This document shows, piece after piece, positions 59,024 to 64,000 of a stretch of DNA of 64,000 bases. Made by a program: the position numbers and the translations under genes. The DNA comes from Planctomycetota bacterium (GTDB lineage Bacteria > Planctomycetota > GCA-002687715 > DRQF01): assembly GCA_027001995.1 (NCBI GenBank), contig JALTLO010000017.1:9905-73904 (forward strand). The letters are read 5' to 3'. The notes beneath the pieces are model-generated. The model did not search any database. It was not told the DNA's origin and was given only the letters and a program-made list of their open reading frames with translations. Within the stretch, counting starts at the first letter, position 1. Every line of letters begins with the position of its first letter.

Positions 59024-59374
59024 ATGACTCAATCAATCGGAACCCATCTCATCGCTGACATCAATGAAGTCAGCCCAAAGCTCCTCGGGGATCGGGCTAC
59101 TGTGGCGAGCATGTTAGTGAAGGCACTTAAATCCGAGCAATTCACGATCCTCAACTCCGTCGGCCATGACTTTCCCGGGGGCGGATTCACCACCCTCATT
59201 TTGCTCTCGGAATCCCACGCTTCTCTCCACAGCTACCCAGAATTGGGATACCTGGCGTTCGACCTCTTCAGTTGCGGTCAAAAAAGCCCTGAGAAGGTCT
59301 TGAACAGTCTCATGAAGGATCTGGGCACCAATTCCGCTGAGATCAACAAAGTCAAACGGGACGCCAAGACCTGA
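59024..59374 (+). CDS. speD: S-adenosylmethionine decarboxylase proenzyme (small SpeD/SpeH type)
   Basis: GTHLIAD, LSESHASLHSYPE (E-S self-cleavage site), DLFSCG. Confidence 0.92.
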   Translation: MTQSIGTHLIADINEVSPKLLGDRATVASMLVKALKSEQFTILNSVGHDFPGGGFTTLILLSESHASLHSYPELGYLAFDLFSCGQKSPEKVLNSLMKDLGTNSAEINKVKRDAKT

Positions 59375-59477
59375 ATTCCACCTTATTTGCTGGCCTAAAA
59401 CGCGATAACATAGGCAGAATTTACCTCACCATGGCGGTGGGGCCTCTTGGAATTTTGCTACTCAGGGGAGTCCAGCT

Positions 59478-60176
59478 TTGTTCAACCGATGCCTTATCCT
59501 TGTCTTACTTCTTACCATAGGCGCATGTGGTGATCAGGAATCTAAGCCCGAACCCTACAACTACACTCCAGGGACAGACCTTCTGGGCGTGGCAGCTGCC
59601 GACAAATACATCAATGATTTTGTCCAGCTGGGCATGATTGACAAGAGTCAACCGAATTGGAAAACCGCTCTGCCCGAGCCCAACATGATCAACTTCGATG
59701 ACAAGAAGAACTACTTTTGGCTCCTGAAAACTTCCAAAGGTGAAATCAAGATCAAGTTCATGCCGGAAGTTGCCCCTTATCACGTTTCCAACGCCATTTA
59801 TCTGACTCGTTTGGGCTTCTATGACGGCCTCTACTTTCATCGAGTCATGAAGAATTTCATGATGCAGGGCGGCTGCCCTTTGGGTAATGGTATGGGAAGT
59901 CCAGGCTACAAGTTCGAAGGCGAATTCGACACCGGAGTCGTCCATGACAGAAAAGGGCTATTGAGTGCCGCGAACGCTGGCCCGGGGACTGATGGCTCTC
60001 AGTTCTTCATTACTTTCGCCCCAGCTCGCCATTTGGATGGTAAACACACGATTTATGGTGAAGTGGTGGAAGGTTTCCCCACTCTGACAAAGGTCGAGGC
60101 CCAGGCGACGCCGTCTCAAAAACCCAAGAGAATCATCACTCTCGAGAAGGCAAGTATTCTCGAAGAAGACAAATAA
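59478..60176 (+). CDS. Cyclophilin-type peptidyl-prolyl isomerase lipoprotein
   Basis: Lipobox [36 protein letters not shown]. Confidence 0.93.
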   Translation: MFNRCLILVLLLTIGACGDQESKPEPYNYTPGTDLLGVAAADKYINDFVQLGMIDKSQPNWKTALPEPNMINFDDKKNYFWLLKTSKGEIKIKFMPEVAPYHVSNAIYLTRLGFYDGLYFHRVMKNFMMQGGCPLGNGMGSPGYKFEGEFDTGVVHDRKGLLSAANAGPGTDGSQFFITFAPARHLDGKHTIYGEVVEGFPTLTKVEAQATPSQKPKRIITLEKASILEEDK

Positions 60177-60231
60177 GACGAGATGCTCACGCGTCTCTTA
60201 CCAACTCACTGCAGTCCAAGCTGGAATCATC

Positions 60232-61323
60232 ATGACCGTATCCTGTGGCATCGTCGGCCTTCCAAACGTCGGCAAAAGTACCATTTTTAACGCTCTCACC
60301 GCCGCAGCGGCAGAGCAAGCTAACTATCCCTTTTGTACCATCGAACCGAATGTGGCCATCGTCGACGTACCCGACGAAAACCTCACCGCCATTCACACCA
60401 GGATCAACACCCAAAAAGTGATTCCTGCCAACCTGCGAGTGGTGGACATCGCCGGCCTCATTGCCGGTGCTTCAAAAGGCGAAGGCATGGGCAATCAGTT
60501 CTTGGCCAACATCCGGGAATGCGATGCCATCATGCAAGTCGTTCGCTGCTTCACCACCCCTAGCGTGGTGCGAGAAGGTCCCGTGGACCCCATCACCGAC
60601 ATCGAAATTATCGAGCTGGAACTCATCTTGGCGGATTTGGATACCGTGAGCAAAGCGACCGAACGCGTGCGCAAGAAGACGCGGTCTGGTGACAAAGATG
60701 CCATTGCTGAATTAGCTGTGATGGAGAAAGCGAAAGCGGTCCTTGAAGCTGACCGGTTGCTGAGATCAGAAGAGTGGAAGCCCACAGACATAAAAATGCT
60801 AAAACCTCTCTGCCTCATGACCATCAAACCCATGCTCTACGTCGCCAATGTTAGCGATGATGATTTGGATGGCTCCAGCGAACACGCCCAAAAGGTTGCG
60901 AAGAAGGCAGCAGCTACGAAAGCATCCTGGATTCCAATCTGCGGAGACTTGGAATGTGAACTGAGGACCATGGAAGACGACGATCGAAGCATGTTCATGA
61001 GCGACTTGGGAATCGAAGTCTTGGGACTCGAAAGACTCATTGCGGCCACCTACGATCTCCTCGGACTTCAAACCTTCTACACCGCAGGCGAAAAAGAAGT
61101 ACGGGCCTGGACAGTGCACAAAGGATGGGAAGCACCGAAAGGGGCGGGCGTTATCCACACGGACTTTGAAAAGAAGTTCATTCGAGCTGAGATTTATTCC
61201 GTGGATGACCTCATTGAGTTCAATTCGGAGTCAGCAATCAAAGCTGCAGGTAAATTGCGCACGGAAGGCCGATCATACATCTTGCAAGAAGGTGACATTT
61301 GTCACTTCCTTATTGGCCCCTGA
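60232..61323 (+). CDS. ychF: Redox-regulated ATPase YchF
   Basis: GIVGLPNVGKST, NYPFCTIEPN, DIAGL, GVIHTDFE, TGS-type C-terminus. Confidence 0.97.
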   Translation: MTVSCGIVGLPNVGKSTIFNALTAAAAEQANYPFCTIEPNVAIVDVPDENLTAIHTRINTQKVIPANLRVVDIAGLIAGASKGEGMGNQFLANIRECDAIMQVVRCFTTPSVVREGPVDPITDIEIIELELILADLDTVSKATERVRKKTRSGDKDAIAELAVMEKAKAVLEADRLLRSEEWKPTDIKMLKPLCLMTIKPMLYVANVSDDDLDGSSEHAQKVAKKAAATKASWIPICGDLECELRTMEDDDRSMFMSDLGIEVLGLERLIAATYDLLGLQTFYTAGEKEVRAWTVHKGWEAPKGAGVIHTDFEKKFIRAEIYSVDDLIEFNSESAIKAAGKLRTEGRSYILQEGDICHFLIGP

Positions 61324-61359
61324 CCCGGATGGGGAGTCCCTCCCCTCTATTCGGACCAA

Positions 61360-62949
61360 TTAGCTGATCACCAGGACAATGGCGTTAGTAACGCTGAAAT
61401 TGCCCGTCGTTTCTTCGACCACACCTTGGAAAGTAAGAGTCAAAGGGAAGAAGACCGGAATTTGAGGGCCGGAATTCCAAGGGGTTGGGTGAGACACAAT
61501 CAACTGACCACAAACATCAACGGCAGTTGAATTGGTGAAAGTGAACAACAGGGGGTGTCCCCAAGGATAAAGTGGGCATGGCAACACAATCATGTCTCCA
61601 ATCCCAAAAGGGAGACTCACGGAGTCATGGGGTCCTGGTATCCCAAAGAATCCATAAACCGCGAAATGAGAAGGCACAAGATTGGTGGGAGGATGCAGCA
61701 TGCTCATGGAGTTGCTCTGTCCTATGGTGGCTTCGACTCGCCGATCAGCGCCACCATCTTCGCCGTTGATCAACAAGACAGGCCCGTTCGCCATCGCTCC
61801 GGGGGACAAATTGCCGCCAACAAATGGAGAGGCAGATATGTCGCTAACCTCGAAAGCCCCCAAATCTGCTGCCCCGTAAAGTACTCTCTCCTCTCCCACC
61901 AAGTCGAGTTGAGCCATAAAAGGCGAACTGTTCGCGCCAGCGTTAATCCCCGGTGAACCTGGAGACAAACGAAAATCGTCCATAGCCAAGTCAACGAACA
62001 TGGGATCAGCGTCAATCATCTGGAGACCAGCGTAACCGTTTTCGATGTCTGTGTAGCTCATCTGCGCAACGCCACTGACGGAAGCAATCGTCGCTCCTAC
62101 GTTGTGGTAAATGATCGAGTTGTTCACGCTCAAGAAGGCAATGCTCCCATCACATCCGATCGTGGCGCCAGCACTCGTGGTATTAGCCGCGATGGTAGAA
62201 CCTTCAACGATCATCGCCGTTCCCCCACTGGCCAAATAAATCGCGCTGCCGGTTGCAAATGCCATGTTCGCCGGGACTGGGGCCAGAACATTACAACAGA
62301 TCAAGCAATTGACAACCAGCAGATTGCTCCCCGCTGCACTGGCGATTCCCGCACCATAAAGGTTGGAAATGTTGCGCATAATGCGGCAGTTAAGAAGAGT
62401 GGGAAATCCTGTCGGTAATACGCTCAAACCGCCACCGGCCCCCGTGGCCGTATTGTTGGAGAAAGTGCAATTCTGAAACAAAGGGGAGCCAGAGATTTCA
62501 GCCCCCCCACCTCGGGTTGCTTGATTCCCAGTAATGATGCAATCGCGAACGATCGGAGAACTTGAGGAGCAGTAGATTCCTCCTCCGGCAGTCACTGGCC
62601 CATTGGGCCCTATGACGACCTGGGTCCCAAGTCCATTTGTCAGAGTGAATCCTTCTAAAACAGATCCCGGGCCTTCGCCGAAAACGAATATCGCCACAGG
62701 AAGCAAGCCACCACCATCCAGAGTCGTGTTGGATGCTCCGTTAACTCCTCGGACTGTAATCGCCTTGCCCAAGAAGTTGATGTTTTCGACATAATGGCCG
62801 GGGGCCACTTCGATTACGTCGCCAAAAGACGCCGCAACTATGGCTCCTTGGATCGTCGCGACACTTCCTGGTACTGAAATGGTTGCTTGTCCAAACGCCA
62901 CAAATCCAAGGTGAATGACGAAAAGGAAAGTTAGGAATGATTGGCGCAT
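61360..62949 (-). CDS. Secreted right-handed beta-helix (pectin lyase-like) protein with conserved C-terminal domain
   Basis: TIQGAI...VAPGHYVENINFLGKAI, GGGIYC and N-rich repeats, DPMFVD...LSPGSPGINAG, ADLGAFE. Confidence 0.82.
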   Translation of the reverse strand: MRQSFLTFLFVIHLGFVAFGQATISVPGSVATIQGAIVAASFGDVIEVAPGHYVENINFLGKAITVRGVNGASNTTLDGGGLLPVAIFVFGEGPGSVLEGFTLTNGLGTQVVIGPNGPVTAGGGIYCSSSSPIVRDCIITGNQATRGGGAEISGSPLFQNCTFSNNTATGAGGGLSVLPTGFPTLLNCRIMRNISNLYGAGIASAAGSNLLVVNCLICCNVLAPVPANMAFATGSAIYLASGGTAMIVEGSTIAANTTSAGATIGCDGSIAFLSVNNSIIYHNVGATIASVSGVAQMSYTDIENGYAGLQMIDADPMFVDLAMDDFRLSPGSPGINAGANSSPFMAQLDLVGEERVLYGAADLGAFEVSDISASPFVGGNLSPGAMANGPVLLINGEDGGADRRVEATIGQSNSMSMLHPPTNLVPSHFAVYGFFGIPGPHDSVSLPFGIGDMIVLPCPLYPWGHPLLFTFTNSTAVDVCGQLIVSHPTPWNSGPQIPVFFPLTLTFQGVVEETTGNFSVTNAIVLVIS

Positions 62950-63090
62950 ATCTGACTCACGGTCCATCTGGGTAGAAGGCTCATTCAACCAGCCCATCAA
63001 GTCGTGGACAAGAGTTAAAACGAAATTCGACCCTCTGGCACCCAATCAGCCACAGAGCCCCACTCTTTGATCGGATGAATCCAAGACAAT

Positions 63091-64000
63091 CTACAGAAAA
63101 TAACTGAGATCAAGAGCCATGGCATCTGCCACCGCCAAGCCAGAAACAGTTGGTCTCAACACCCCTCGCTTTTTCAACAAGAGACCAGCATCTTCGTGTT
63201 TGGCAATAACGTCCCCAGCTTCGGCCGCCAAGTCCACATCAAACCGCTGGTAGAAGTTATCCAAGTCAAGGCCAGTGGTGCGTCTGAGAGACAACATGAT
63301 CACCTCGAGAGCGACGTCGTGACGAGACAAGGTTTCTCGCTCTTCGATGCCATTCCCAAGAAGATGAACCTGTTCGGACCACGCTACAAGGGAACCATGA
63401 TTCCAAAACCGATCTCTGCCATTGAAGGAGTGGGCGGAAGGTCCAAAACCCCAATAGGGAATATGACCCCAGTATTTCTTATTGTGTTTCGATTGATGAC
63501 GAGACGCCCGGGCAAAATTCGAAACTTCATATGCTTCAAACCCCAAGGCGGACATGCGCCCATGGACCTCTTCAAAGAAGACCCCTTGTCCATCATCCGA
63601 AAGCTCATGGAATCGCCCCAGGGCGGCCCGCTTAGAAAACAAGGTCCCAGGTTTCACGTTCAACTGATAACAGGAAACATGGTGTACCCCGGACACAGCC
63701 AAGTAGTCAACTTGAGACAACCAAGCCTGATTCACTTGCTGGGGCAAACCAAAAATGAGGTCCACCGACAACGTTTCAAATCCCACATGTTGGGCAACGT
63801 CCATGGCACGCTTGGCTTCAGCCCCGTTATGGCGACGCCCCAAGAATTTGAGATCATCGTCGTCAAAGCTTTGAATGCCTAAACTCAAAAACTTGACCCC
63901 CGCATCCTTGAGTTCCGACAGATAAGACTCGGTCACATCCTCCGGATTGACTTCCATGTGAATTTTGCAGGAAGAACTGAGATCGAATCGGTCGTTGAGA
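63091..64000 (-). CDS. hemW: Radical SAM heme chaperone HemW (HemN-like), 5'-truncated by the window edge
   Basis: EVNPEDV, LSLGIQSF, DLIFGLP, YEVSNFA, HNKKYW, GFGPSAHS; frame is open to the window edge. Confidence 0.9.
   Translation of the reverse strand, partial: LNDRFDLSSSCKIHMEVNPEDVTESYLSELKDAGVKFLSLGIQSFDDDDLKFLGRRHNGAEAKRAMDVAQHVGFETLSVDLIFGLPQQVNQAWLSQVDYLAVSGVHHVSCYQLNVKPGTLFSKRAALGRFHELSDDGQGVFFEEVHGRMSALGFEAYEVSNFARASRHQSKHNKKYWGHIPYWGFGPSAHSFNGRDRFWNHGSLVAWSEQVHLLGNGIEERETLSRHDVALEVIMLSLRRTTGLDLDNFYQRFDVDLAAEAGDVIAKHEDAGLLLKKRGVLRPTVSGLAVADAMALDLSYFL

Noticed and set aside
1..64000. CRISPR arrays, IS elements, integrases, prophage genes, rRNA
   Set aside because: No regularly spaced repeats, transposase, integrase or phage motifs, or rRNA-like segments were seen; nearly all sequence is accounted for by CDS.

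Overview
Gene-dense bacterial chromosomal window (standard code 11, about 50-55% GC). The gene repertoire (ECF sigma/Ser-Thr kinase pair, HEAT/PDZ proteins, DUF1579, long PurL, many secreted beta-rich proteins) suggests a Planctomycetota-like organism; this is inference. Housekeeping genes: tig-clpP-clpX-rlmN, accA, purL-purQ, selB, ychF, partial hemW and two PPIases. Accessory blocks: an MlaE/F/D (MCE) transporter downstream of an RsbW/STAS partner-switching pair and a divergent sigma/anti-sigma pair; three exported exopeptidases (M49, S46, S9), the M49 being strikingly eukaryote-like; a DUF4178-DUF350-speE-speD polyamine cluster; and an orphan GAK-type CofD-like gene. The two best candidates for new biology are (1) an ECF sigma + membrane kinase whose extracytoplasmic HEAT domain appears homologous to the exported HEAT protein encoded divergently next to it, and (2) a roughly 150-aa C-terminal domain ending FQ...(S/T)NA(I/V)-x5-stop shared by three secreted proteins, a candidate sorting signal. 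No rRNA, tRNA, CRISPR array or mobile element was recognised. All family calls come from motif recognition by eye, not from database searches.
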